A stretch of DNA of 64,000 bases, from positions 5,312,001 through 5,376,000 of the forward strand of contig OZ242311.1 of assembly GCA_965207885.1 (NCBI GenBank), written 5' to 3'. This document shows positions 1-11,147 of this stretch, piece after piece; the stretch's first letter is position 1, and each line of letters begins with the position of its first letter. Origin of the DNA: Candidatus Latescibacterota bacterium. GTDB taxonomy: Bacteria; Latescibacterota; UBA2968. A program made the position numbers and the translations under genes. The notes below the pieces were generated by a model that was not told where the DNA came from, did no database searches, and saw nothing but the letters and a program-made list of their open reading frames with translations.

Positions 1-2744
1 AGAATCGTCGCCTCATCGTACAAATTGCCCAAAAAAGTCAACCCTCTCGGCGTACCCTCTGCAAACCCACAGGGCAAAATAACCGCAGGATGGCCCGTCA
101 AATTAGTCACAGCCAAACTCGTCCTACCACCGCGCGGCACCAACACCGCATCCCAGTCTTGCATCACCTGCGCCACATCGCGCATCAACAGAGCACGCAA
201 ACGCTGCGCCCGCAAATACTCCACAGCCGTCACCGTGCGCGCCGCTCGAAAATTATCGGGCCACGAACTCTTATCCGCCTCCGTCATCACATCCAGTTCT
301 CCGCGCAGAGTTGCATCGTCAAACATCGCGGAAGACTCAACCCGAAGCACCATCATAATCGCATCCGTTGGATAATCCGGCAGCGAAACGGGTTGTAAAT
401 CAGCGCCCAAACCGCGCATCACGTCCAGCGCAGCGGCATAAACGCCAGTGGGATCTTCGCCATCTGCCTCCTTCCGAAACTCAGACGCCAGATATCCAAT
501 CCGCAACCCGGATAAATCCACATCGGGACACCAGTTAAAAGGCGCATCCACCACCGAGCGATCCCTTCCATCCGGTCCACAAATCGCGTGAAACACAGCA
601 GCACAATCCTCCACACTGCGACACATAGGACCCAATTTATCCATAGTCCAGCTCAGCGCCATAGCCCCATAACGACTCACCCGCCCATAAGTCGGGCGCA
701 ACCCAACCACACCGCATGTGTGACTGGGCGAAACAATAGAACCGTGCGTTTCAGACCCGATACTGAACCCCACCAACCCCGACGCAGTTGCAGCGCCAGA
801 CCCGGCCGACGACCCGCTCGATCCCGTATCGGTATCCCAAGGATTGCGCGTCATACCCTCAAACCACGTCGGCCCCGACGCCAGCGCACCCAGTGACAAC
901 TTGGCAACCAGCACAGCACCCGCCTGTCTCAATTTTTTCACCACACTCGCATCCTCATCCGGCACTTGATCCCTAAACGGCGTAGCCCCCCACGTCGTGC
1001 GAATCCCCTTTGTACTCAACAGATCTTTCGCGCCCCAGGGAATACCGTGCAACGGACCTCTATAATCGCCCCTTGCGATCTCCGCCTCAGCGGCTTTTGC
1101 CTGTTCCATCGCCAGATCTTCTGTCAACGTAACCACACACTTCAACTTCTCCCCATAACGCGCGAGGCGACCCAGGTACAACCGCGTCAACTCAACCGGT
1201 GAAATCTCCCTCTGTGCAATCAAACGCGCAAGAGAACTCACCGGCAAAAAAGCCAGCTCATCATCGGCATCTGGCCGCGCAATATTGGCGTCACTCAGCG
1301 CAAACGGCTGCTGTTCGCCCTCGGGCACCTCCCCTGGCACAAACACCAGAGGTGGCTCGACATCATACCCCACCGACACATTGCGCAAAGCGACATATTG
1401 CCGCCCCTGCTTTTCAATTTGCCCCCGCACCTTTTGCCATTGCGCCCTGGAAAACGGCAACCGGGCAACATCTCCCAACCCCGACACCGCGCGATCCACC
1501 AGTGCATTCTCGCGCTCGGCAACCTCGTCCAAAAACACATGCCGAATTTCCGTATCGATATCCGGGCTGCATCCCTCACCTATCTCGCCGTGCGTGTACA
1601 AAAGCTGGGGAACCCCGATCTCGTTCTCGGGCGTAGCACAACGCTCCAGACTCGGCAACCAATCCGACACCGTATCATCCTCCGGAGAAACCCGATACGC
1701 CTGCCAGGTCTCCCCCACATCCCGCGATACAAACAACACAATAGCATTTGTCGGATCGGCCCAATCCCCGCCGCGCTTACACACCACACCCGCCGCGTAC
1801 AACACCCCATCCTTTGACACACTCAACACACATCGATCTGACATCGCACACCGCCCAAAAACTTTCTCGGCCAAAGGCAAAAAAGACTTGCGCTCCCATT
1901 CCCCTTTTTTCCAGCGATACAAAAACGTCTCGTCAAACTCGCCCTCTCGCCGGTTCAACGTAAAAAGCACCACATCGCCCGCACAGGTCACCACATTGCC
2001 AATGCGGATATCGAACCCATCGCTGTATTCAATCACACACGGAGAATCCGGCGTCACGGGCAAGTCGAGCCTCTCCCCCGCCACTGTCTCCCATGTCTCA
2101 CCCCAATCGCGCGACCGCATAATACCAAAACCGCGGCCCTTTGTATCTCCCGGATTATCCTCATTGCTCCGCGCCAGATGAAAAGACAAATACAGCACAT
2201 CGCCCTCAATGTGGATACAATTCTCAAGATGCACATAAGCCGGTGGTCCCTGAGGATCGACCAGCTTCACCGGCACTGTCCAATCCCCATTCACGGACCG
2301 CTGCTGATAAAACAGCCCCCAGGGCCGCTCGCGCTCATACGCCCCCCGATAACACGCGTGCAACACATCGCGCGCATCACACACCAGACTGGGATACGTC
2401 GCATTCGCACCGCCAAACGAAGGAAGCAGCTTCCACCTGGACGTATCATTGGGATGTACACTCACCGCGTGTTGCATCGGATTGTGATGCGGACCAAACG
2501 CGAGATAGAGAAACCCCTTCGAATCCATTGTCATTGCCGCGCCCGCGTGATTATCAACCCCATCTGCCACAAAAATTGGATCGCTCCACACTTTCGCCTC
2601 GTGACAATACGTTGCCACATACGTCTTGTGAATCTGATCCAACCACACCACATGCGTCTTGCCCTCCTGCGTAATAATTTTATTACTCATCCCATACGCC
2701 GTACCGCGCGTCGAACCAGTCTTTGACAAAACAGTGTATTCCAT
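1..2744 (-). CDS. BNR-4-type beta-propeller domain fused to an amidase-signature domain (3' end beyond window, >914 aa)
   Basis: Translated by hand, as it is absent from the ORF track (no stop inside the window). ATG at 2744 with a GAGAGG RBS. N-terminal half has DNHAGAAM..D..G.LYLAFGPHH and Asp-box SRDWGETW/SRDVGETW. C-terminal half, same frame, has GPLHGIPWGAKDL, GSSGSSAGSG and IGSETHGSIVSP amidase motifs. Confidence 0.85.
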   Translation of the reverse strand, partial: MEYTVLSKTGSTRGTAYGMSNKIITQEGKTHVVWLDQIHKTYVATYCHEAKVWSDPIFVADGVDNHAGAAMTMDSKGFLYLAFGPHHNPMQHAVSVHPNDTSRWKLLPSFGGANATYPSLVCDARDVLHACYRGAYERERPWGLFYQQRSVNGDWTVPVKLVDPQGPPAYVHLENCIHIEGDVLYLSFHLARSNEDNPGDTKGRGFGIMRSRDWGETWETVAGERLDLPVTPDSPCVIEYSDGFDIRIGNVVTCAGDVVLFTLNRREGEFDETFLYRWKKGEWERKSFLPLAEKVFGRCAMSDRCVLSVSKDGVLYAAGVVCKRGGDWADPTNAIVLFVSRDVGETWQAYRVSPEDDTVSDWLPSLERCATPENEIGVPQLLYTHGEIGEGCSPDIDTEIRHVFLDEVAERENALVDRAVSGLGDVARLPFSRAQWQKVRGQIEKQGRQYVALRNVSVGYDVEPPLVFVPGEVPEGEQQPFALSDANIARPDADDELAFLPVSSLARLIAQREISPVELTRLYLGRLARYGEKLKCVVTLTEDLAMEQAKAAEAEIARGDYRGPLHGIPWGAKDLLSTKGIRTTWGATPFRDQVPDEDASVVKKLRQAGAVLVAKLSLGALASGPTWFEGMTRNPWDTDTGSSGSSAGSGAATASGLVGFSIGSETHGSIVSPSHTCGVVGLRPTYGRVSRYGAMALSWTMDKLGPMCRSVEDCAAVFHAICGPDGRDRSVVDAPFNWCPDVDLSGLRIGYLASEFRKEADGEDPTGVYAAALDVMRGLGADLQPVSLPDYPTDAIMMVLRVESSAMFDDATLRGELDVMTEADKSSWPDNFRAARTVTAVEYLRAQRLRALLMRDVAQVMQDWDAVLVPRGGRTSLAVTNLTGHPAVILPCGFAEGTPRGLTFLGNLYDEATI

Positions 2745-2825
2745 AACACAACCTCTCTGTCTTGTTGCGTTCTTACCCTCCACCTGCTATAATAGACATC
2801 ATCAACTTCACACGAAAGGAAGAAT

Positions 2826-3653
2826 ATGTCCAATCTCAAAAACAAAGTCGCCCTGATAACCGGTGCTGGAGGTGAACACGGTATCGGACGTGCAATAGCG
2901 CTGCGTTTTGCGCGAGAAGGTGCCGATATTGTTATCTGTGATATAGATGCAAATGCCCGCGGCGACTGGGCTGGATTGCCCGCGGTTATCGAAGAAATCG
3001 AAGCAATGGGACGACGGGTTCTCGCAACAGAAGTCGATGTAACCAGCGCAGAGCAAGTCGAACAAATGGTACAGGCTGCACTCGCGCGCTTTGGCAAAAT
3101 CGACATCCTCGTCAACAACGCGGGTGCCCCTGCCGGACCGGACCGCGTACCCGTTGCCGAATTAGAAGAAGACGTCTTCGACCATGTTCACCGCGTAAAT
3201 GTCAAAGGCACCTTCTTGTGTTCCCGCGCCGTTGTCCGCCACCTCATCAAACGGAACAACGGGGGCAAAATTATCAACATCTCATCGACCTCGGGACTGC
3301 GCGGAATCGCCAGATTCGCGGCCTATTGCTCCTCAAAATTTGCCGTCATCGGATTCACGCAAAGCCTCGCCCATGAAATGGGGCCCTACGGCATTCAGGT
3401 CAACGCAATTTGCCCCGGCCTGATTGAAACCGAACGCCTGCACGGCATAGCCAGCGGATTAAAACCCAGCGGAACATCAATCGAAGACTTTAGAGCGCAA
3501 ATGGTCGAACGCACCTCTCAGAACAATCCACTCGGACGCATTGGGCAGCCAGAAGATGTTGCAAACGTCGCGGCATTTCTGGCCTCTCCCGATGGCGATT
3601 ACATGACCGGACAGGCAATCAGCGTATCGGGCGGAGCGGCCATGGTGCATTAG
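2826..3653 (+). CDS. SDR family NAD(P)-dependent oxidoreductase
   Basis: TGAGGEHGIG, NNAG, YCSSK catalytic motif. Confidence 0.92.
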   Translation: MSNLKNKVALITGAGGEHGIGRAIALRFAREGADIVICDIDANARGDWAGLPAVIEEIEAMGRRVLATEVDVTSAEQVEQMVQAALARFGKIDILVNNAGAPAGPDRVPVAELEEDVFDHVHRVNVKGTFLCSRAVVRHLIKRNNGGKIINISSTSGLRGIARFAAYCSSKFAVIGFTQSLAHEMGPYGIQVNAICPGLIETERLHGIASGLKPSGTSIEDFRAQMVERTSQNNPLGRIGQPEDVANVAAFLASPDGDYMTGQAISVSGGAAMVH

Positions 3654-4486
3654 TACAGAATGCGCTGATCGCTCAAATCCTTGCCGCCGACCGTGCGCGT
3701 AAGCGACCCACCCAAATACTCCACAACCTCCAAATCGGCCAGCGCATTGACAATATTATACATCGTAGGCAAATCTTCCCAACGCGCGCGGTTCCACGCA
3801 ATACACCCATCGCCAACCAGGTGCTCTTCAACCTTTCGATGCCCCCCCTTCGCCGGCGTAATAACCGGATAGGCAATATCCTCCTTACCCCATACGCCTG
3901 TCCGCGGCATATATTTGTAGTGAAGCGTCCCATCGACTTTCGCGCCACCGCCCTTCGCAGGTGTCGGATTTTCAGACGGTGACTTCAGATTCGTCACCGA
4001 AATATCCAGAAAATTGAACCCCAACCAACCCGCAACAGCCTGCGCCTCATTGCTCGTAATACGCGGCTCGGGCATCTCGCAATAGATCTTTGAAAACCCG
4101 AGTTCCTCGCGCCCGGTAATAATCGGATCACAGAGATTCTCCCAGAGCACAGAAAGAAAAGGCCCGCGAACATGGTCTCTCGCCCCCTTAAACACCGCCG
4201 GAAAAGAAACACCCAAAATATTGTAACCGCGCCCTGCCAGCCACTCAATTTCCTTCATATAACTGGCGTACACCGACACAACAGGCTCTCCGCCGAGTTC
4301 AAAACACTCGGGCAAAAGCGCCTTGAGTTGCTCCGCATTTGAAAGAAACGACACCGAAATCGAAGTATTCTTCGGATTATCCACACATTCAAATTTGCGA
4401 CCATCTGGACCCTGACGAGGCCCCATAAGCGGACCGAAATGCGTGGGCATGCGATACATCTTACCGGGTTGAAATTTATAAGCCAT
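3650..4486 (-). CDS. acetoacetate decarboxylase family protein
   Basis: MPTHFGP N-terminus, LAGRGYN, LWE...PIITGREELGFSK typical of ADC-like proteins. Confidence 0.8.
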   Translation of the reverse strand: MAYKFQPGKMYRMPTHFGPLMGPRQGPDGRKFECVDNPKNTSISVSFLSNAEQLKALLPECFELGGEPVVSVYASYMKEIEWLAGRGYNILGVSFPAVFKGARDHVRGPFLSVLWENLCDPIITGREELGFSKIYCEMPEPRITSNEAQAVAGWLGFNFLDISVTNLKSPSENPTPAKGGGAKVDGTLHYKYMPRTGVWGKEDIAYPVITPAKGGHRKVEEHLVGDGCIAWNRARWEDLPTMYNIVNALADLEVVEYLGGSLTRTVGGKDLSDQRILY

Positions 4487-4511
4487 AAAAACTCCTTTTT
4501 TGTGTTTTCAC

Positions 4512-5324
4512 CTACACCTCATTCAAATTGTCATACATAGACAGCGGCGACCCTGCGAACAGCCCGGCATCCACGGGCAAGACCACGCCCGAAATCCAGC
4601 GCGACTCATCACTGCCCAAAAACACGGCAGCCCAGGCAATATCCCACGCATTTCCCTCTGTGCCCAGCGGCGCAATTTTGCGGCGGCGCTCTCGCGACTC
4701 CTGGGGAATATTGCCGACAAAAGTCGTGTGAAGATGCCCGGGCGCAATACTATTCACGCGCACATTTTCGCGCCCGTGGTGAACCGCAGCCAGCCGCGTC
4801 AGCGTAATAATCCCTCCCTTGGTAATGCCATAGGGAACATTGCGCGAATTGCCAGCGCGCATACCGTCAATAGACGAAATATTAATAACAGAACCGCCGC
4901 CGGAAGCCGCCATCTCGGGAATCGCGTACTTACATAAAAAAACCATACTCTTAAGCCCCACATCCATCACGCGATGCCAATTTTCTTCTTCGACTTCTGT
5001 CACCCTCCCAGGCCCGTGAATCCCCACATTATTAAACAGAACATCCAACTTCCCATAGTGTTCAATCGCCGCATCTACAATCGCCCGACACTGATCCGTC
5101 TTTGAAACATCGGCCAAAACGACCTCTGCCTCTCCACCCTCCGCCCGAATCTCCGCCCGGGTCCTCTCCGCATTTTCCCCGTCAATATCCGCCAGAATGA
5201 CCCTCGCACCTTCGCGGGCAAAAAGCACCGCAGTCGCACTCCCTATCCCTCTCAATTTCCGATCCTCAACCTCGCGCGTCCCCGCACCCGTAACAATAGC
5301 GACCTTGTCTTTCAAACGATCCAT
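4512..5324 (-). CDS. SDR family oxidoreductase
   Basis: VTGAG...GIG, NNVG, YGITK, LPVDAG. Confidence 0.92.
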   Translation of the reverse strand: MDRLKDKVAIVTGAGTREVEDRKLRGIGSATAVLFAREGARVILADIDGENAERTRAEIRAEGGEAEVVLADVSKTDQCRAIVDAAIEHYGKLDVLFNNVGIHGPGRVTEVEEENWHRVMDVGLKSMVFLCKYAIPEMAASGGGSVINISSIDGMRAGNSRNVPYGITKGGIITLTRLAAVHHGRENVRVNSIAPGHLHTTFVGNIPQESRERRRKIAPLGTEGNAWDIAWAAVFLGSDESRWISGVVLPVDAGLFAGSPLSMYDNLNEV

Positions 5325-5334
5325 AAACAGTCCC

Positions 5335-6779
5335 TCATCTCCTCAAATTTACCCATCGCTGGTATTTGTCGTGATCAAATCGATCGCGCAGTGGCCCAAT
5401 ATGCGTCTCAATCAAATCCTGGCGAACCGACTCAAGCCCCGCATCTTCCACCAGATTATTCAACTCCTCCGGATCAGCCTCAACATCATACAGTTCAACT
5501 GGCCTCTCCGAAACCGATTCCACCCCGAGTTTATATCGCCCGTCAAAAACCATCGTATGGCCTAAAACCTCGCTAATAACAGCATCCTTTCCCCTCTGCG
5601 CCCCCTCTGCATCGACCCCTCCTTGAACCTGTGGAACAAAAGACTGCCCATCGGTCTGCAACGGTTCGGCATCCGCAATATCAACAACCGAAGCAACCAC
5701 ATCAATCACATCCGTCAACGCCCCGGTTTGCCACCCCGCGAACCTCCCGGCGGACGCACAATCAACGGAACGCGAACAGACGCATCGTAAAAAACGATCT
5801 TATTATACAACATGTGATCGCCCAGCATCTCGCCGTGATCTGAATTGTAAATCACCCATGTATTATCCGCGAGACCGGTCTCCTCAAGCGCGTCGAGCAT
5901 CTCGCCAATATAGTGATCGATAAGCGTAATCTTCGCGAAATAATTAACCATCATGATTTGTTTTTGCTCAACCGTCATACCCGACAGATTCTTGCTCCTC
6001 TGCATACGTCGAACATTAAGCGGAACGGGATCACCCGGCGCATCCATAATACCAGCCGGCATATCCCCGGGATCGTACATATCCCGGTACTCCTGCGGAG
6101 AATCAAACGGATCGTGGGGACCGGGACAAAGAACCTGCAAATAAAAAGGCTTATCGCCCTTGTAATCGCGAATCCAGTTCGCCGCAGTACGCCCCGTATA
6201 ACTATCTAAATGCGCCTCAGTAGGCAGTGGACAGGGAGGTTCCTCCCACGGCTTGAGCGTCCCGCTTTGCCAGGGAATGCGAAAATCATTGATAAATTTT
6301 CGATGCGTCTCCAACAGACCCAACTCATCGAGATAATCGGTATAAGGCGAACTGTGTTTGCCCGAAGCAATCGGACCGTGAAGCTCGTGCGGATCTTCAA
6401 ACCCCCACGCATTGAGCACATCGACGCGATCTCTGCTATGCGAAGCCGGTACCCCCCCGTGGAGATAGAGATGTGACTTCCCGATCAAAGCCGTATGATA
6501 ACCCGCATCGCGCACCTGACGCACATGGCTGGGATCTTCACAATCGGCGTCCTGATCATTTGCCCACAGCCCGTGTTCCCGGGGATACAGACCGCTCATC
6601 ATAGATGCGCGAGACGGCATACACAGCGGACAATTGGTATAGCACTGCGTATAAGTAACACTCTCAGACGCGAGGCGATCCAGATTCGGCGTCTTAACCG
6701 CCGGATGCCCGACGCACCCCATTGCATCGCCGCGATGCTGATCGGAAAAGATATAGAGAATATTGGGTTGATCAGCCAT
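5335..6779 (-). CDS. sulfatase (choline-sulfatase-like), split by a 1-nt frameshift near 5735
   Basis: PNIL..SDQHR, CMPSR (CxPxR), SDHGEMLGDH. The C-terminal part (TDVIDV..RYKL..ELYDVEADPEELNNL) lies in ORF 5335..5718. Adding one G to the G-run restores RGWQTGALTDVID. Confidence 0.85.
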
Positions 6780-6791
6780 AAAAACTCCTTG

Positions 6792-6884
6792 CGAATCAAC
6801 GAATCAACGAATCAGCGAACCCCGCCCATCCTCCAAAACCAGTATGTATCTCCATTCGTCTATTCGTCTATTCGTCTATTCGTC
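6792..6884. repeat. two short 8-mer tandem arrays in inverted orientation
   Basis: (CGAATCAA)-type array at 6792-6819 and (ATTCGTCT)-type array at 6854-6884. Confidence 0.7.
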
Positions 6885-7912
6885 ATCGCGACCCTGCGCC
6901 CCCTCGACATCAGCGCCGCCTCATAAACCTTCATAACAGACAGCGCGAACTCCAGGGACCCGACCTCCGCCGTCCTATCCTCCAGAACACAGTCGCAGAA
7001 ATAGCGCATCTCATCGTAAAAGCCCTGCGTAAAAAGCGCCTTATTCTCAAGGGTCCCCAGCGTGTCTTGAGGCTCCCATGAGATCGCACCAGACTCCAAA
7101 CCCGTGGGAATATAACTTCTCGTACTTGAATAATTAAAAGGAATACCGCGTTCCAGAGTCACGCGAAGATCTTTGTCAATCGCCACATGCTGCTGCCCCC
7201 AAAATGCATACCGCTCGCATCCACGACGCGCAGAAACCAGATTAAAAGACCCCACGACACCACTCGCAAATTCGAGAATACACACACCAGTGCCGTGATC
7301 GCTTCTGTGCATAGTAACAGCCGAAACATCCCCTCCAACAGCGAGAAGCAGCGAAAGCGGATGGCAGCCATTCTTCAGCCAGTTGGGCGCTTCGCGCGTT
7401 CTGAGCACCTGCTCTCCATCCTCGGGAATCGTCATCGGATATTCTGCGGAAAGTCCCCTGAGCGGACCGCAATCCTCTGTCCCCATCAACTCAATCACCT
7501 TCCGGGTCGCCGGCATAAATGCCTTCTTGAACCCCACAACGACCACGCGATCCCCGCGATGGCGCATCATGGTTTCCACCTCAGAAGCCAGCGTAGCAGG
7601 CGGCTTCTCCATCCACACGTGCAGCCCGGCATCAAGCGCCTCGCACGCCAGTTCTGGATGTGCTTCTGGAGACACACAGATAAAAACGCAATCCAGATCT
7701 TCACCCGCGTACATATCCGCAGTGCTGGCATAGCAAGCATCCACGCCGTATTCCTCCGCCGTCGCCTTCGCGAGATCCAGCCTCAAATCGCAAAAAGCCT
7801 TAAGCCTCACCGGAAGATAATGCATCGCAGGCAGGATATTCCTGTAGCAATGTGACCCCACGCCAACAACGCCGACATTCAGCCGGCTTTCAAACTCTCT
7901 CTGATAACTCAT
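6860..7912 (-). CDS. Gfo/Idh/MocA family oxidoreductase
   Basis: [19 protein letters not shown] motif. Confidence 0.9.
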   Translation of the reverse strand: MSYQREFESRLNVGVVGVGSHCYRNILPAMHYLPVRLKAFCDLRLDLAKATAEEYGVDACYASTADMYAGEDLDCVFICVSPEAHPELACEALDAGLHVWMEKPPATLASEVETMMRHRGDRVVVVGFKKAFMPATRKVIELMGTEDCGPLRGLSAEYPMTIPEDGEQVLRTREAPNWLKNGCHPLSLLLAVGGDVSAVTMHRSDHGTGVCILEFASGVVGSFNLVSARRGCERYAFWGQQHVAIDKDLRVTLERGIPFNYSSTRSYIPTGLESGAISWEPQDTLGTLENKALFTQGFYDEMRYFCDCVLEDRTAEVGSLEFALSVMKVYEAALMSRGRRVAMTNRRIDE

Positions 7913-7917
7913 AGCTG

Positions 7918-8322
7918 CTATCTGGCAAAACTGGAGCGCAATTTAATACCCCATCTGCCATCCTCATACGTAAGAACATAAAGTGAATCGTGAGCGGCAA
8001 TCACCGAACCGTCTTCGCGGTAGCGGGTAAATTGCGTATCAACGTGAATCTTCTCATCCGAACAATGGACAATTTCGCGCCGGGTCCAAACACTGTAGTG
8101 CCAGCCGATATTGCCCAACCCCGTCCTCACACGCGCGATAAATGTATCGTCCATATCTGCGTCTTCCCATCGGTGCATAATTCCCGAAGCCAGACGAAAA
8201 TGTGGAAAATGCATCGTCGCCTTCCACGCCTGGAGATCCAGCGCATTAAAACCGACCATCCACGCATCCAGCACGGGAATCGCCCGTTCTCTCGCCTGTG
8301 CAACCGCCTCTTCTGATGGCAT
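7918..8322 (-). CDS. hypothetical protein, probable NTF2/SnoaL-like fold
   Basis: 134-aa ORF in operon. Pattern FNA.D..AW...HFPH.RL and terminal [12 protein letters not shown]. Confidence 0.6.
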   Translation of the reverse strand: MPSEEAVAQARERAIPVLDAWMVGFNALDLQAWKATMHFPHFRLASGIMHRWEDADMDDTFIARVRTGLGNIGWHYSVWTRREIVHCSDEKIHVDTQFTRYREDGSVIAAHDSLYVLTYEDGRWGIKLRSSFAR

Positions 8323-8335
8323 AAGCCCTCCAATC

Positions 8336-10810
8336 CTAACCGTGTGGCAAATAATACTTGTGAAGTTGCTCTTTCGCCACGCCCTTTGCGATCAGACCGT
8401 CAACATAGTCGTCATCATAACCCAATTCCCCGAGAATCTCCCTCGTATGCGCACCCTGTTTGGGACAAGCGTAGAGCAATTGAACAGGCGCGTTTTTCAG
8501 ACGCACATAAGCGGGCGGCGCGAGATCGACAGCACTGCCAGCCGGGTGATCCGTAAAGCGAACAATAGAAATGGAGCGCCCATCATCCCATGTGTCCAAA
8601 TTATCGTCACACACCTCGTGCAAAAACATCTCGCGAATATCCTCAAGCGAATCAATGCGGTGCCCGGCCAGCTCCACCTCGTTAAAAACATTAACCCAAT
8701 GGCCTACATCGCGTTTTTTGATCTCACCCTCTAAAAATTCGCCCGCATCCTCATCAGGTGTATTCTCCAACCCCGCAACACACCTCAACTTATCCATCTC
8801 ATGCTCCAACCCACCCAGGAAAACCCAGCCATCGCGCGCGCGATACATGCGGTGAAGCGCGTGTTCACCAACAGCATCTTGTCCCGCTGGTTCATCGCCC
8901 GAGCACCCGGCTTCGCAAGCATACATAAAAGGCGCCTGCACGAGTTGCCCCCCCTGAGCGAGCGAAGTCGTCACAAAATCGCCACCATCGGGCACGCCAC
9001 TGCGCCTGCGCTTGAGCAACGCCAGCACTGCGCCATAAGTTGCCGAATATCCCGTAATATAATCGATACACGACGCCCAACCGTGCAAGATCGGTTTATT
9101 ACCCTCGCCAGCATAGCGCATTTGTATCCCCGTCGAACCCTGAAGCAAAGGATCAAAACCCGGTCGATTCATCCACGGACCAGGGCGCGGACCATTAAAC
9201 GCCGTCAAATTGAGATACACAATATCGGGTTTGCATCTCTTAACAGCATCGTAGTCAATACCCAAACTTTGCGCAACCCCGGGCCGGAAATTGTGAACAA
9301 TAACATCGGCGGTTTCAACCAGCTTCATAAAAGCTGCCCTGCCAGCCTCGTCTTTCAAATTCAAAATCACACTGCGCTTGCCGGGGCTAACTTCCAGGGG
9401 AAACCAACTGGAAATGCGCGGCCCAAAATAGGGTTCTGGCGGATCGATCTTAATAACCTCCGCGCCGTATTCCGCCAACGTGCGCGCACTGGCTGGTCCC
9501 GCGAGCACATTGGACAAATCCAGAACGCGAATACCTTTTAGAATGGGTTGTGCAGCTTCCATAGATTTGGATTCACCGCCACCTGCAAAAGATTCATCTG
9601 CGTTCATCTGCGTCATCTGCGGATACGCTTCTAACGGTCTCGACGGCCTGGGAACCGCGCATTCATCGGGCGTCTTGGCAAGCCACGTCTGCACCCCGAG
9701 TTGCCGCATAGGTCCATACTCGGGATCATCAACCACAACCGTCAAAGCCGCTTCTTCAGTCTCGGATTTGTGCAACCACTCCTGTGCCGTGCGCTGAATC
9801 GTACACGGCACGCCAGCAGCCGTCAAAACATCGACCCAGTGTTGTGCGGGTTCACTTGCCAGCACACTTTCAATTTTTTCGCGCGCTTTGAGATTCCATT
9901 CGCTGGACAAATGGGATGAATCGGGAATATTATTCGTCAGATGGAGATTCTCATAAACCGGCACATCGACCATCCCCTCTGCGATCAAATCATCGTACAC
10001 CTCCAGCGCTTTGACCAGTGACCGACTATTTCGGGAATGTCCAGCCGTAATAATATAAAGCCATTGCCCATCGCTCGCCCGAAACGTACCAATAAAAGGC
10101 GACCCCGCGCCACTGGATTGTTTCTGGCGACCAGCATTGGCTGGCGTGCCATATCGCGCGGGTTTATCCGCCACATCCAGCATAATAACCGCCATAGCAG
10201 ACATCGCCGCACCAACCAGAGAAACCTCAATCACATCGCCGCGCCCACTCTCTTCACGCGCATACAACGCAAGTGTAACAGCGATAGCACCGTGAATCGC
10301 CCCATAAGTCGAACCCAATGGCATCGGCGTATAAACAGGCGGCAAATCCGATCTTCTACTTTGAAGATCTGTATATTGACCTATAGCCGCGCTGATAATA
10401 CCTTCAAATGCGCGAATAGACGCTCTTTCATCCGTCGAAGCAAAACCCGGCAAAGAGAGATAAACCAACTCCGGATTCAGCGTAGTCATCTCTTCTGCCC
10501 CCAAACCCAATCGCTGCATAACACCCGGGCGGAAATTTTCAATAACCACATCTGCCGAACGGATTAAATTCACCGCAGTCGCGAGATTATCTGCATTTTT
10601 CAGGTCCAGGGTAACGCGCTGTTTGCCCCGATTAAAAACGCCATTTGCCGGCGTATCGTAATCCGGTTTGCCCGGCCGATCCACCTTAATCACCTCAGCA
10701 CCCTGATCTGCGAGCAACATCCCCGTCAAAGGCCCGGCAATATAATGACCGAAATCGACAACGCGGATCCCGGTCAATGGCGCTTGCTTATCGCGTTCTG
10801 GATTCATCAA
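8336..10810 (-). CDS. CaiB/BaiF family III CoA transferase, two tandem domains
   Basis: Two GIRV(V/L)D..(I/L)AGP..LA.(Q/Y)GAEVIK repeats and two NFRPG motifs. Confidence 0.9.
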   Translation of the reverse strand: MMNPERDKQAPLTGIRVVDFGHYIAGPLTGMLLADQGAEVIKVDRPGKPDYDTPANGVFNRGKQRVTLDLKNADNLATAVNLIRSADVVIENFRPGVMQRLGLGAEEMTTLNPELVYLSLPGFASTDERASIRAFEGIISAAIGQYTDLQSRRSDLPPVYTPMPLGSTYGAIHGAIAVTLALYAREESGRGDVIEVSLVGAAMSAMAVIMLDVADKPARYGTPANAGRQKQSSGAGSPFIGTFRASDGQWLYIITAGHSRNSRSLVKALEVYDDLIAEGMVDVPVYENLHLTNNIPDSSHLSSEWNLKAREKIESVLASEPAQHWVDVLTAAGVPCTIQRTAQEWLHKSETEEAALTVVVDDPEYGPMRQLGVQTWLAKTPDECAVPRPSRPLEAYPQMTQMNADESFAGGGESKSMEAAQPILKGIRVLDLSNVLAGPASARTLAEYGAEVIKIDPPEPYFGPRISSWFPLEVSPGKRSVILNLKDEAGRAAFMKLVETADVIVHNFRPGVAQSLGIDYDAVKRCKPDIVYLNLTAFNGPRPGPWMNRPGFDPLLQGSTGIQMRYAGEGNKPILHGWASCIDYITGYSATYGAVLALLKRRRSGVPDGGDFVTTSLAQGGQLVQAPFMYACEAGCSGDEPAGQDAVGEHALHRMYRARDGWVFLGGLEHEMDKLRCVAGLENTPDEDAGEFLEGEIKKRDVGHWVNVFNEVELAGHRIDSLEDIREMFLHEVCDDNLDTWDDGRSISIVRFTDHPAGSAVDLAPPAYVRLKNAPVQLLYACPKQGAHTREILGELGYDDDYVDGLIAKGVAKEQLHKYYLPHG

Positions 10811-11056
10811 CTATCTCCTCAAATAAGGTCCTCTGATGACTCATTAACTGACGTTACGCATAGATCGCCTGTCATTCCCATTTCATAAGCATGACAAGAT
10901 ATAGAGTTGCTACGTAAGGTCAAATATATTTAAATACCGACCTGTCTGTCAGATGCACAGGCTGATGGCAAAACCGTATTGATCGATGTGCAAACCAGCA
11001 TGGAGAGTAAACAATCGCGGTTTTAATCTCTGTCAAAAATACCAGAAGTATAAACC

Positions 11057-11087
11057 AAAAAACCACGCCCAAAGGACATGGTTTTTT
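11057..11087 (-). terminator. intrinsic terminator closing the RiPP/T1SS operon
   Basis: Minus strand CCATGTCC-TTT-GGGCGTGG stem (with G:U pairs) flanked by A6/T6, about 60 bp after the PPIase stop. Confidence 0.75.
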
Positions 11088-11147
11088 GTTAATAGAAGAT
11101 ACAACTAAAAATAGGAAATTACATACAAAAGTGACAAAGGTAATTCA

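Noticed and set aside
25-2726. Many plus-strand ORFs (e.g. 1285..2181, 298 aa)
   Set aside because: Antisense shadows of the long minus-strand BNR/amidase gene, with no recognisable motifs.
10940-11030. Short protein-like stretch and weak hairpin at the left island border
   Set aside because: Too short and without a clear start or homology to call.
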